From: Myxococcota bacterium
Lineage (GTDB): Bacteria > Myxococcota_A > Polyangia > Nannocystales > Nannocystaceae
DNA: 29,077 bases
Assembly: GCA_039028615.1 (NCBI GenBank)
Contig: JBCCHT010000074.1
Span: forward strand, 1 to 29,077
Direction: 5' to 3'
The position numbers were made by a program, and so were the translations under genes. Of this stretch, positions 18,282-26,606 are shown one piece after another. Numbering within the stretch: position 1 is the stretch's first letter; every line of letters begins with the position of its first letter. Below the pieces are notes generated by a model. It was given only the letters and a program-made list of their open reading frames with translations. It had not been told where the DNA came from and made no database searches.

Positions 18282-19624
18282 CCCGCACGACTCGACGACG
18301 CTTCCTCCGCGCTGGCGCCTCGCTGACCATCGGACTGCCCTGGCTCGCGAGCCTCACCCGCCCCGCCCGGGCCGAGCCCGGCGAGTTCCCCCGGCGGGTG
18401 GTGTTCCTCATCGGAAGCTGCGGGGTCGTGGCCGACGACTGGTTCCCCGACCAGACCGGAACCGACTTCACGCTGCCCTACAGCCTCGAGCCGTTGCAGG
18501 CCTACCAGGACCGCATGCTCGTGCTCAAGGGCCTCGAGAACGCGTCCGCTCGCAACCAAAGCGGCAACCCCCACACCAAGGCCGGCTCCCACACCCTGAC
18601 CGGGGCCCGGCACATCCCCGGGCAGTTCAACGGGGGCGGAGGCGGCGGGTTCTCGACGCGGATCTCCATCGATCAGGAGCTCGCCCAACAGCCCGGCAAC
18701 ACCAGCCCGGTCGCCTCGCTGCTCACCGGAGTGAACATCGGGGCGGGCGACAACGGCGAGACTCCGCGCGGCCGTTTCTCCTACCTCGGCCACAACATGC
18801 CGGTAGCGCCGAGCGGCGATCCGCAGCAGGTCTTCAACCAGCTCTCGGGTTTCACGGGCGGGTCGCTCCCGGGCGAGGATCCCGATGCCATCCTGCGGTT
18901 GCGGGCCGAGCGGCGCAGCATCCTCGACCTGGCGATGGACGACATCCACGAGCTCGAGCCCTCGCTGAGCGCCGTGGACCGCCAGCGCCTCGACCACCAC
19001 CTCACCCACCTGCGGGCGCTCGAACAGAGCATCGCCAACCTCCCCGATCCCGACGACGTCAGCCAGGCATGCGCCGAGTTCGACGACCCTGGGAGCAGCG
19101 ACGGGATCGAGGACGGCACCCGCAAGATGCTCGAGCTCACCGCCTTCGCCCTGCGCTGCGACATCACCCGCGTGGCGACCTTTCAGTGGGCGGGCGCCCA
19201 GTCGTCGCTCCGGTACGGCTTTCTCGAGGGGGTCCCCGACGAGCGGCACCACGGCATCTCCCACAACGACGGCAACGCCTACAACACGCCCATGCGGCAG
19301 ATCGCCCGGTTTCACGCCGAGCAGACCGCCGTGCTCGCCGACCTGCTCGATGCCGCACCCGAGGGTGAAGGGACGCTGCTCGACAACACGATCATCGTCC
19401 ACCTCAACACGCTGGGGCGGGGCAACAACCACAGCTTCTCGGACATCCCCGTGCTCACGGTGAGCGGGAGCGGGAGCGGCCTCGACGTGGGGCGCTCGCT
19501 CCAGCTCCAAGACCGCTCGCTCAACGACTTCTACATCACGCTGGGTCGAGCGCTGGGCGTGAACATGACCACCTTCGGCGATCCCGAGCATGTGCAGGGG
19601 CCGATCGACACCCTGCTGGCATAG
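18278..19624 (+). CDS. DUF1552 family protein with Tat-type signal
   Basis: TRRRFLRAGA...GLPWL, SIDQ, SILD, LDHHLTHLRALE, ALRCDITRVAT, HHGISH, EGEGTLLDNT. 4-bp overlap with its usual DUF1592 partner. Confidence 0.9.
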   Translation: MTRTTRRRFLRAGASLTIGLPWLASLTRPARAEPGEFPRRVVFLIGSCGVVADDWFPDQTGTDFTLPYSLEPLQAYQDRMLVLKGLENASARNQSGNPHTKAGSHTLTGARHIPGQFNGGGGGGFSTRISIDQELAQQPGNTSPVASLLTGVNIGAGDNGETPRGRFSYLGHNMPVAPSGDPQQVFNQLSGFTGGSLPGEDPDAILRLRAERRSILDLAMDDIHELEPSLSAVDRQRLDHHLTHLRALEQSIANLPDPDDVSQACAEFDDPGSSDGIEDGTRKMLELTAFALRCDITRVATFQWAGAQSSLRYGFLEGVPDERHHGISHNDGNAYNTPMRQIARFHAEQTAVLADLLDAAPEGEGTLLDNTIIVHLNTLGRGNNHSFSDIPVLTVSGSGSGLDVGRSLQLQDRSLNDFYITLGRALGVNMTTFGDPEHVQGPIDTLLA

Positions 19625-19653
19625 GGCGCTGCTCCGCGTAGGTGCTCTTCGGG

Positions 19654-21126
19654 CTAGCGTCTCTCCCGCTCGGTCGGCGCCGCGACCCCGTTGGGCTCGA
19701 CATGGAAGCGCGCCGGACCCAGCGAGGCAGAGGCCTCGATCTGCTCCGGCAGACTGATGGTCTCGTGCATGCTCTGCATCTGACACCGCAGCGAAGAGGC
19801 GCGGTCGTACTCCGAAAGCCGCGCTGCCAGCTCGACCATCAATGACGAGATCCGCCGGACCTTCGCGCGCTCATCGTCCGTGCGCTGCAGCTGCTCTTCC
19901 AGTCGCTCGGCTTGAATCCACATCGCGGTGGTCAGAGCGCTCGCCACCGCCACGCCCAAGCTCCCGGCCACCACCGCCCCGCGATGGCGCCGCACCAGCT
20001 TACCCAGGCGATAGCGCAGCGTGTCCCGCCGTGCGTGCACGGGCAACGCAGCCCGGTGCCGCTCGATGTCCTCCCGAAGCTGGTCGACCGACAAGTAGCG
20101 CCGGGCGGGATCGGCCCGCAGAGCCTTGAGAATGATGGCATCCAGGTCGCCCCGCAGCTGCGCTCGCACACGAACGTCGCTGGCCGCTAGCTCGACTCGC
20201 CCGTCCGCGCCAGCGGTCGATGCCGACGGGACGGCGCTGGGCCGCACGAGGTCGCCGCCATCCCACACCGCCGACGTCGAGGCCTCGTCCCCCGCCGCCC
20301 GCGGCAAGACCCCGGTGAGCACTCGATGCAGGATGACCCCGAGCGAGTACACATCGCTCGCCGTCGTGAGCACGCCGCCGCGGTGCTGCTCGGGACTGGC
20401 GTAGTCCGGCGTCATCGGCCGCGGCCCCGCGGTCTCGGCCCCCGCTCGCAGCAGCTTGGCGATCCCGAAATCGAGCAGCTTGGGCACCCCCGCCGTGGTC
20501 ACCAGCACGTTGTGCGGCTTGAGGTCGAGGTGCAGCACCAGCCCGCGATGTGCATGCGAGACCGCCTGGCAGATGTCGAGAAACAGCGCCAGGCAACGGT
20601 CGAGCGAGACCCCGCGCTCACAGAAGTGATGCAGCGGAACCCCGTCGACGTACTCCATCACCAGGTAGGGCCGCCCGTCGGGCAGCGTGCCGCCCCCGAG
20701 CAGCTTGGCGATGTTGGGGTGATCGAGGTTGGCGAGGATCTGGCGCTCGCTTCGAAAGCGACCGATGAGCTCCTCGTCGCACAGACCGGGGGCAAGCACC
20801 TTGATGGCGACGAGCTGATGGAACTCTTCGTCGTTGCGGGAGGCCAGGTACACCTCGCCCATGCCGCCGCCGCCGAGTCGACGCACCACCCGGTACGAGT
20901 CGATGACCGCGGGCGCCCCGGCGGGGCGCAGCCGCTCGCAGGCGGGGTTGTCGAGGAACTCGCCCGCCTGCTCGTGGGCGGCGATCAAGGCCCGGGCCTC
21001 CCGATGCAGCTCGGTCTTCCCCTCCCCCGCGGCGTGGGCCAAGAAGCGCTCTCGTTGCTCGGGCTCGAGATCCAATGCGGCCTGGACCAGCGCTTCGAGT
21101 TCACGCCATTGCTCGGGGCCCGTCAC
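19654..21126 (-). CDS. Membrane Ser/Thr kinase of the ECF-associated type, short C-terminus
   Basis: N-terminal WRELEALVQAALDL..ERERFL domain, GGGGMG, VAIK, HLDLKPHN, DFG, TPDYASPE, LRGDLDAIILKAL, one TM segment. 4-bp overlap with the ECF gene. Confidence 0.9.
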   Translation of the reverse strand: MTGPEQWRELEALVQAALDLEPEQRERFLAHAAGEGKTELHREARALIAAHEQAGEFLDNPACERLRPAGAPAVIDSYRVVRRLGGGGMGEVYLASRNDEEFHQLVAIKVLAPGLCDEELIGRFRSERQILANLDHPNIAKLLGGGTLPDGRPYLVMEYVDGVPLHHFCERGVSLDRCLALFLDICQAVSHAHRGLVLHLDLKPHNVLVTTAGVPKLLDFGIAKLLRAGAETAGPRPMTPDYASPEQHRGGVLTTASDVYSLGVILHRVLTGVLPRAAGDEASTSAVWDGGDLVRPSAVPSASTAGADGRVELAASDVRVRAQLRGDLDAIILKALRADPARRYLSVDQLREDIERHRAALPVHARRDTLRYRLGKLVRRHRGAVVAGSLGVAVASALTTAMWIQAERLEEQLQRTDDERAKVRRISSLMVELAARLSEYDRASSLRCQMQSMHETISLPEQIEASASLGPARFHVEPNGVAAPTERERR

Positions 21127-21731
21127 CCCTCGCCGCCCCCGAGTTCACGAAACAACCAGGCCTTGGCCATCCTCCATTGACGCACGATGGTCCCGCGCGA
21201 GCACCCCATGAGCTCGGCCGTCTCCTCGAGCGAGTGGCCGCCGAAAAAGCGCAGCTGCACCAGCTGGGCCTTGTCGGGATCGAAGGCGTGCAGTCGCGTC
21301 AGCGCGGCATCGATGGCCAGCAGCTCCGCGTCGCACAGCGAGGTCGCGCTGCACTCGGGCTCGTGCTCGAGCTCCTCCCACGACGGTCGCGACGCGCCCC
21401 CACCCCGCTTGGCTGCCAGCCGGGCCCGCGCATGGTCGACCAAGATCCGCCGCATGGTGGCCGACGCCACCGCGAAGAAGTGGCGTCGATCCTGCCACTG
21501 CACCACCGATTGCCCCGCGAGCCGGGCGTAGGCCTCGTGCACCACCGCGGTGGGCTGCAGCGTGTGGCTCGATCGCTCGGCGCGAAGCTGTCGCTTGGCG
21601 ATGGCGCGCAGCTGATCGTAGACCGCCCCCATCAGCGCCTCCGTGGCCTGCCGTTCGCCTTGATTCCAGCCGCGGAGCAGCTGGGTGACGGGGGCGGAAT
21701 CGGCGGGGGCGGGTGCGCAACGGGGGAACAT
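21123..21731 (-). CDS. ECF sigma factor, ECF43/TIGR02999 type (kinase-associated)
   Basis: VTQLLRGW, HTLQPTAVVHEAY, FFAVASATMRRILVDHAR, AKRGG, LRFFGG, WRMAKAWL. Confidence 0.92.
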   Translation of the reverse strand: MFPRCAPAPADSAPVTQLLRGWNQGERQATEALMGAVYDQLRAIAKRQLRAERSSHTLQPTAVVHEAYARLAGQSVVQWQDRRHFFAVASATMRRILVDHARARLAAKRGGGASRPSWEELEHEPECSATSLCDAELLAIDAALTRLHAFDPDKAQLVQLRFFGGHSLEETAELMGCSRGTIVRQWRMAKAWLFRELGGGEG

Positions 21732-21773
21732 GGCGCGGGTCGATCCGAGCGGTCGCAGCGTTGCTCGAAATCG

Positions 21774-21789
21774 AGCAAAGCCTGCGCCA
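21774..21789 (-). promoter_or_regulatory. Putative sigma54 (-24/-12) promoter of the ECF-kinase operon
   Basis: Minus strand TGGCGC-AGGCT-TTGCT versus consensus TGGCAC-N5-TTGCW: one mismatch and exact GG-N10-GC spacing, about 43 nt before ATG 21731. Confidence 0.6.
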
Positions 21790-21899
21790 CGGGACAAAGA
21801 AGGTTGTTCTACGACCGATTGACGACGTCAACCTGGAGACACTTCGAGGGTAGACGATCCCACCCGAGCGTCAAGACACCCCCTGCGCCAATCGATCCC

Positions 21900-22295
21900 T
21901 CAGCCGACCGCGCTCAGGTCCATCTCGTAGCGAGTCGCGCTGCGGCGGCGGTACTCGATGGGCGTGCATCCGGCCCACCGCCGAAAGGCACGCGTGAACG
22001 AGCTGGTGCGACCGAAGCCGAGCACGCGGGCGATCTCTCCGATGGAGAGCCTCTGGTCGCATAGATGCGCGACGGCGACCTCATAGCGAGCGCGGTCGAG
22101 CAGTGCACCGAAGGGCGTGCCCTCGCGGGCGAGGTGGCGATGCAACGTCCGCAGGCTCGTGCCGAGGCGAGCGGCGACGACGGTCGCGGTCACTCCGCCT
22201 TCTCCCATGGACTCACGCAATACTCGGCGGACGCGCTCGCTGGTGAGAGGGGTGGAGGGGCGAGGCGGATGATTGGCGAAGCATGAACTAGACAT
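21900..22295 (-). CDS. AraC-family protein with only the HTH domain
   Basis: VAARLGTSLRTLHRHL, LLDRARYEVA, SIGEIARVLGF..SSFTRAFRRWAGCTP.EYR; 131 aa with no ligand-binding domain. Confidence 0.85.
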   Translation of the reverse strand: MSSSCFANHPPRPSTPLTSERVRRVLRESMGEGGVTATVVAARLGTSLRTLHRHLAREGTPFGALLDRARYEVAVAHLCDQRLSIGEIARVLGFGRTSSFTRAFRRWAGCTPIEYRRRSATRYEMDLSAVG

Positions 22296-22658
22296 GGTTA
22301 GGCTCGAATGTGGAGTCGGATGAGGATTGGAATTGATCAGCGAAGGAACGAGCCGCGGGATGAATGGGCCAATGTCCTTTGCCTACGAGTGTCTAACCGG
22401 GTCGAAATTTACGATGCGAAGCGCAGGCTCGTTCGAGGGGAATCGCACGTTTTCGGGGACGAGCGCTCGTTCGACACACTAATCGTGCCATGGGTGTCGC
22501 CGAAGATTCGAAATCGGAGCGCTCGATACCTCTTTTGCAGCGTCCCCCCTGATTTCTAACGGCCCAAAACAACAACCTCGACCTTTTCTTCAGTTTCCTA
22601 CGATTTTCTCGCGAGGCAATGTCGATCTTCGCTCGGGTCCGCCGTCGGGGGGGTACCC

Positions 22659-23411
22659 ATGGCACAGAGCAACGACACCTTTTGTTGGAACGGCATCGTC
22701 AGCAGCGACCCCGAGCGGACCCTGGCCTTCTTCCCCGAGGTCTTGGGCTGGAAGGTCCAGAAAGTGGAGATGGGCGACGAGACGGTCTCGATGTTGGCCA
22801 ACGGCGAGACCCCGCTGGCGCATGTGCGCGGCCCTCAGATGGAGGGTGAGCCGACCTGGTGGAACAACTACCTCCGCGTCGCGGACGTCGACGCCGCATC
22901 CAAGGCGGTGGCGGACAACGGCGGTGAGGTGCTCGTGCCTCCCACCGACATCCCGCCCGGGCGCTTCAGCACGGTCAAGACGCCCTCGGGCGCGGCGTTC
23001 AGCCTGTTCAAATCCGCCAACCCCGAGGACGAAGATCCCGTGCCCGCGCTGGGCAACATTCACTGGGTCGATCTGCACTCCAAGGACATCGATGCGGATC
23101 TCGCATTTTTGCGCGAGGCGCTCGGCCTGAAGACCCAGGAGATGCCGATGCCCAACGGGCCCTACTTCATCCTCAACCCGGACACCGCGACCCGCGGCGG
23201 CGCGATGGCGGGCATGAACCCGCAGGCGCCCTCGATGTGGCTGGCCTGGGTGCAGGTCGACAGCGTCGAGGACGTGCTCGGCCGAGTGGAGCGCAATGGC
23301 GGCAAGGTGCTCGCGCCGGCCTGGAATGCCGAAGGCGTGGGTCACATGGCGATCGCCAGCGACCCGGCGGGCATTCCCTTCGGCGTGATCAAGCCGCCCG
23401 CCGCCAACTAG
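22659..23411 (+). CDS. VOC/glyoxalase family protein with two domains
   Basis: FCWNGI..FFPEVLGW, WNNYLRVADVD..NGGEVLVPPTDIP, second domain IHWVDL..WLAWVQVDSV..DPAGIPFGV. Confidence 0.9.
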   Translation: MAQSNDTFCWNGIVSSDPERTLAFFPEVLGWKVQKVEMGDETVSMLANGETPLAHVRGPQMEGEPTWWNNYLRVADVDAASKAVADNGGEVLVPPTDIPPGRFSTVKTPSGAAFSLFKSANPEDEDPVPALGNIHWVDLHSKDIDADLAFLREALGLKTQEMPMPNGPYFILNPDTATRGGAMAGMNPQAPSMWLAWVQVDSVEDVLGRVERNGGKVLAPAWNAEGVGHMAIASDPAGIPFGVIKPPAAN

Positions 23412-23423
23412 GCTCGGGTGGGC

Positions 23424-25010
23424 CTACTTTCCCGCGAGAGCGGAGAGTCGGCCCTCCACGGTGGCGTTGCCCGGACGCAAGCGCAACGAGCGTTGGTAGT
23501 ACCCCCGCGCCCGCTCGATCCGACCGCGCTCTTCCTCCACACGACCGAGGCTGTAGGTGATCGCCCCCCGCGTACGGTCGCTGCCCCCCACCGACAACCC
23601 GGCCAAGCACGCGGCCTCGGCCGCGTCGAGTCGGTCCCCCTTGAGGTGGGTGAAGCAACGGTTCCCCCACTGTTTCGCGGAGCCATCGTGCTCGAGGTCT
23701 TCGGCCGCCAAGGATGGCAGCCCGACCTGGACTTCCAGCGGGACCTCGAGCGCCTCGACGAGCGCGGTGTCGGGGTGAAACTCGACGCCCAGCAAACCAT
23801 CGGAATCGGCGGCGGCGGTCCGTATGCGTCCCCCGTCTTCGTCCAGGACCTGCAGCTCCCCATCCTGGACGACCAGGGCCGCCCCGCCGCCCGAAGGCAC
23901 CCACCAGTCGTCGTACTCGTCGAGGCCGCCGAAGTCTTCGTCGGTGCCGCAGGGATCGAACTGCGACGGGCACGTCGCCGTCTGCAGCGGCTGCGCGCTG
24001 GCGCAGAGGCACTCGACCCCCGCCGTCGCGATGTGTCCGCGGCCATACACGAGATGGCCGCGATGGATCGACCACGCGACGACCTCGTCCCATTCTTCTT
24101 GGCAGACGGGCTCGTCGTACTCCTCGTAGGGCAGCTCTTCGGGGGCTTCGTAGAACTCGTCGTCCGGCATCGGGGCGAGGCTCGGGGCCATGTCGGCCTC
24201 GCCTTCGCCGCACGCCATCGGGCCCGAGACGAAGTCGGTCGGCTCGGCGGCCCCCGGCCGCAGCTCCACCACCACGCTCGCGCCGTCGTAGATGTTGAGC
24301 CCGTTGCACACGTTGGTGTGGGCCATGCCGTTGTCGTAGCGAACGCCCCCCACATACGACGAAGGGCCGACGTCGGGTCTCAACGCCTCCTCGCCGCACT
24401 CCTGCTCGTACTCCTCGGGCTCGTAGGGCGACATCTCGATCTCTTCGAGCGTGTCGGGATCGGTGAGGTCGAACTCGGGCTCGGGGAGGCCGTCGGTGGA
24501 CAGGCCGGGCACGACCACGCAGGGGCACGCCCCCTCGACCCATGGATCGAGCAGGGCCCAGCCGTCGACTCGGCCCTCGCCGACGTCCACCTGGAGCTCG
24601 AACATCCCCGAGGTTCCGGGCAGCTCGGTGTAGGGCAGCTCGCCGGGCTCCAGCTCGAGCACGCAGGGATCGTCGAAGCTCGCGTCCACGCAGATCGGAA
24701 GCTCGAGTTCACCCCGGCCGGGCACGATCGACACCATCGCCTCGTAGCGGCCGCGCGCGCGCGACCCCGAGTCGGACGGCATGCCGATCCAGTGACCGGG
24801 CAACTCCATTTCGTCGACCTCGGGATCGAGCGGAACCACCGTGGTGGAATCGAACGACAGCACCACGAACGCGGGGCCTTTGGTGGAGGCCTCGACCACG
24901 GGCTCCGGCTCCGGTTCGGTCACGGGCTCTGGTTCGGGCGGGGGACCGGGCGGCGGCGTTCGGCAGCCTGCGATCATCCCGAGCACCACCAGCAGCGGCC
25001 ATGGCCCCAC
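23424..25010 (-). CDS. Putative lipoprotein, acidic and Cys-rich, with C-terminal TPR
   Basis: C-terminal half of the 1057-aa ORF. GTG 25010 gives a signal with lipobox IAG-C, a PE linker and a terminal TPR (YSLGRVEEERGRIERARGYYQRSLRLRPGN). Confidence 0.75.
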   Translation of the reverse strand: MGPWPLLVVLGMIAGCRTPPPGPPPEPEPVTEPEPEPVVEASTKGPAFVVLSFDSTTVVPLDPEVDEMELPGHWIGMPSDSGSRARGRYEAMVSIVPGRGELELPICVDASFDDPCVLELEPGELPYTELPGTSGMFELQVDVGEGRVDGWALLDPWVEGACPCVVVPGLSTDGLPEPEFDLTDPDTLEEIEMSPYEPEEYEQECGEEALRPDVGPSSYVGGVRYDNGMAHTNVCNGLNIYDGASVVVELRPGAAEPTDFVSGPMACGEGEADMAPSLAPMPDDEFYEAPEELPYEEYDEPVCQEEWDEVVAWSIHRGHLVYGRGHIATAGVECLCASAQPLQTATCPSQFDPCGTDEDFGGLDEYDDWWVPSGGGAALVVQDGELQVLDEDGGRIRTAAADSDGLLGVEFHPDTALVEALEVPLEVQVGLPSLAAEDLEHDGSAKQWGNRCFTHLKGDRLDAAEAACLAGLSVGGSDRTRGAITYSLGRVEEERGRIERARGYYQRSLRLRPGNATVEGRLSALAGK

Positions 25011-25127
25011 GACGGCGCCGTACCCAGGTTCACTCCACCGTGCCACCAATGGACGATACCAGCCGCGCGCTGGCCAATGCACCGCGACGTGGGATCCGGC
25101 CGAGCGATGGCGTACCCTGATCTGGCG

Positions 25128-25577
25128 ATGGCCTACGCGAATGCCCAGCTCATCCGGTCCCTGAAAACCACCGCCGCTCGACTCCGCGAGGGCAGCGAGT
25201 ACCAGTGGGGGCACCTGGGCATGTGCAACTGCGGGCAGCTGGTGCAGACGATCACGGGCGAAGACCGTCACGAGATCCATCGCGCCGCGCTGGCCCGCGG
25301 TGGGCAGTGGGACGACCGCGTCCGCGAGTACTGCCCCGATAGCGGACACTCCATCGACGCCATCATCCGAACGCTGCTCGAGCAGGGGCTGACCACGGGC
25401 GACCTCGCCGACCTCGAAGGGCTGAGCGACGACCGGATCCTGCGACGGCTGCCCTCGGGACGACGCTATCTCGAACGCAACCAACGCGAGGACGTCATCG
25501 AGTACCTCGAGACCTGGGCCACGCTGCTCGACGAGCAGCTGCAGGCCCGCGTCGAAGCGGCCGGGCACGCGGCCTGA
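25128..25577 (+). CDS. Hypothetical protein with a YQWGHLGMCNCG motif
   Basis: C-terminal part of the 719-aa ORF with normal codon bias. Alternative start ATG 25107. Confidence 0.8.
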   Translation: MAYANAQLIRSLKTTAARLREGSEYQWGHLGMCNCGQLVQTITGEDRHEIHRAALARGGQWDDRVREYCPDSGHSIDAIIRTLLEQGLTTGDLADLEGLSDDRILRRLPSGRRYLERNQREDVIEYLETWATLLDEQLQARVEAAGHAA

Positions 25578-25602
25578 GCACGTCACCGACCTCGAACGAA
25601 CC

Positions 25603-26574
25603 GTGGTAGGCGGGGGCTTCATCATTGCGCTCGGGCTCGGCTTGGCGCCGATCGTCGCGGAGGGCGAGACCTGCCCGCAGCTCGACCTCGAGACGCGGGT
25701 CGGCGAGTACTTGCCGGATTCGGCGGCGAGGCCAGCCGAGGTCGAAGCGACGCTCGTGCAAGAGCCGCAGTCCTGGCGCTTGCAGCTGCGCATCGGGGAG
25801 GACGAGCGCGAGTTCGTGGCACCGGATTGCGCGACGGTGGTCGACGCGGCGGCGTTTCTGATCGCCATCACCGTCGACCCCTCGGTGGCCGACCGGGTGC
25901 CACCGCCACTCGAACTCGCGGAACCGGAGCCCGAGCCCGAGCCCGAACCGGAACCCGAGCCCGAGCCCGCACCTGAGCCCCCGCCCGAACCGGAACCTGA
26001 ACCCGCCCCCGAGCCGACACCGACCGAGCCCCCGACTCGCGCTCTGCACGGCCTCGCGAGCGTCGAACTCGGCATCGACGGCGGTGCACTCCCGGGCGTC
26101 GGCGCATTGATTCGGCCCGCCGTCGGACTCGGCGGTCGCCGCTGGCAGTGGCTCGTCACCGGAGCCTTCCGCACGCGCGCCCGAGCCTCCGCCCCGCAAG
26201 ACACCGCGGTGGGCGGAGAACTCGGGGCATGGTCGCTCGGCTCGCGCGGCGGCGGCCTCCCCCTTTCCCCCGAGTCCCGACTGGTCGTGCCCCTGTGCGG
26301 CGGGTTCGAGGTCGGCCAAGTCCTGGGCCAGGGCTTCGGCTTCTCCGGCGCCCAGCCGGCCTCGGTGCTGTGGGCCGCGCTGCTGGCCTCGGCGGGGGTC
26401 GGCGTTCGCGTGCATCCGCGGGTCACGCTCGTGCTCAGCGGAGAATTCGGGGTCGTCCCGATCCGCAGTGAATTGACCATCGGAGGCCTCGGAACTGCGT
26501 TCCAGGTCGGTCCGGTATTCGGCCGGGGCCTGCTCGGCGTCGATTTCCACTGGGGTCGAGGCGCAAAGCGGTGA
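25603..26574 (+). CDS. Exported protein: Cys-pair N-domain, (EP)n linker, predicted beta-barrel-like C-domain
   Basis: Hydrophobic N-terminus, C..C domain ending AAAFLIAITVDP, EP repeats, Gly-rich amphipathic strands ending LLGVDFHW. Confidence 0.75.
   Translation: MVGGGFIIALGLGLAPIVAEGETCPQLDLETRVGEYLPDSAARPAEVEATLVQEPQSWRLQLRIGEDEREFVAPDCATVVDAAAFLIAITVDPSVADRVPPPLELAEPEPEPEPEPEPEPEPAPEPPPEPEPEPAPEPTPTEPPTRALHGLASVELGIDGGALPGVGALIRPAVGLGGRRWQWLVTGAFRTRARASAPQDTAVGGELGAWSLGSRGGGLPLSPESRLVVPLCGGFEVGQVLGQGFGFSGAQPASVLWAALLASAGVGVRVHPRVTLVLSGEFGVVPIRSELTIGGLGTAFQVGPVFGRGLLGVDFHWGRGAKR
25921..26031 (+). repeat. 6-bp coding repeat (EP)n
   Basis: GARCCS units encoding EPEPEPEPEPEPEPEPAPEPPPEPEPEPAPEP. 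Confidence 0.85.
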
Positions 26575-26600
26575 CGGATCAAAAACCCCGCGGGCAATGC
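26569..26600 (+). promoter_or_regulatory. Putative ECF-dependent promoter, copy 1
   Basis: CGGTGACGGA-N11-GCGGGCAATGC; the same motif and spacing recur at 28028-28059. Confidence 0.65.
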
Positions 26601-26606
26601 TCATCG

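Noticed and set aside
22308..22559. 83-aa ORF in the low-GC spacer
   Set aside because: Atypical codon usage and no recognisable features; more likely non-coding.
16315..22658. Mobile element or prophage call for the accessory block
   Set aside because: No integrase, transposase, tRNA anchor or flanking direct repeats were seen.
23418..25106. N-terminal 560 aa of the 719-aa plus-strand ORF
   Set aside because: Antisense to the TPR lipoprotein with typical shadow composition; the real gene starts at 25107 or 25128.
23424..26597. 1057-aa minus-strand ORF with a (GS)n tract
   Set aside because: The part above ~25010 is the antisense shadow of two plus-strand genes; GSGSGS is the reverse reading of the (EP)n repeat. 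Only 23424-25010 looks real.
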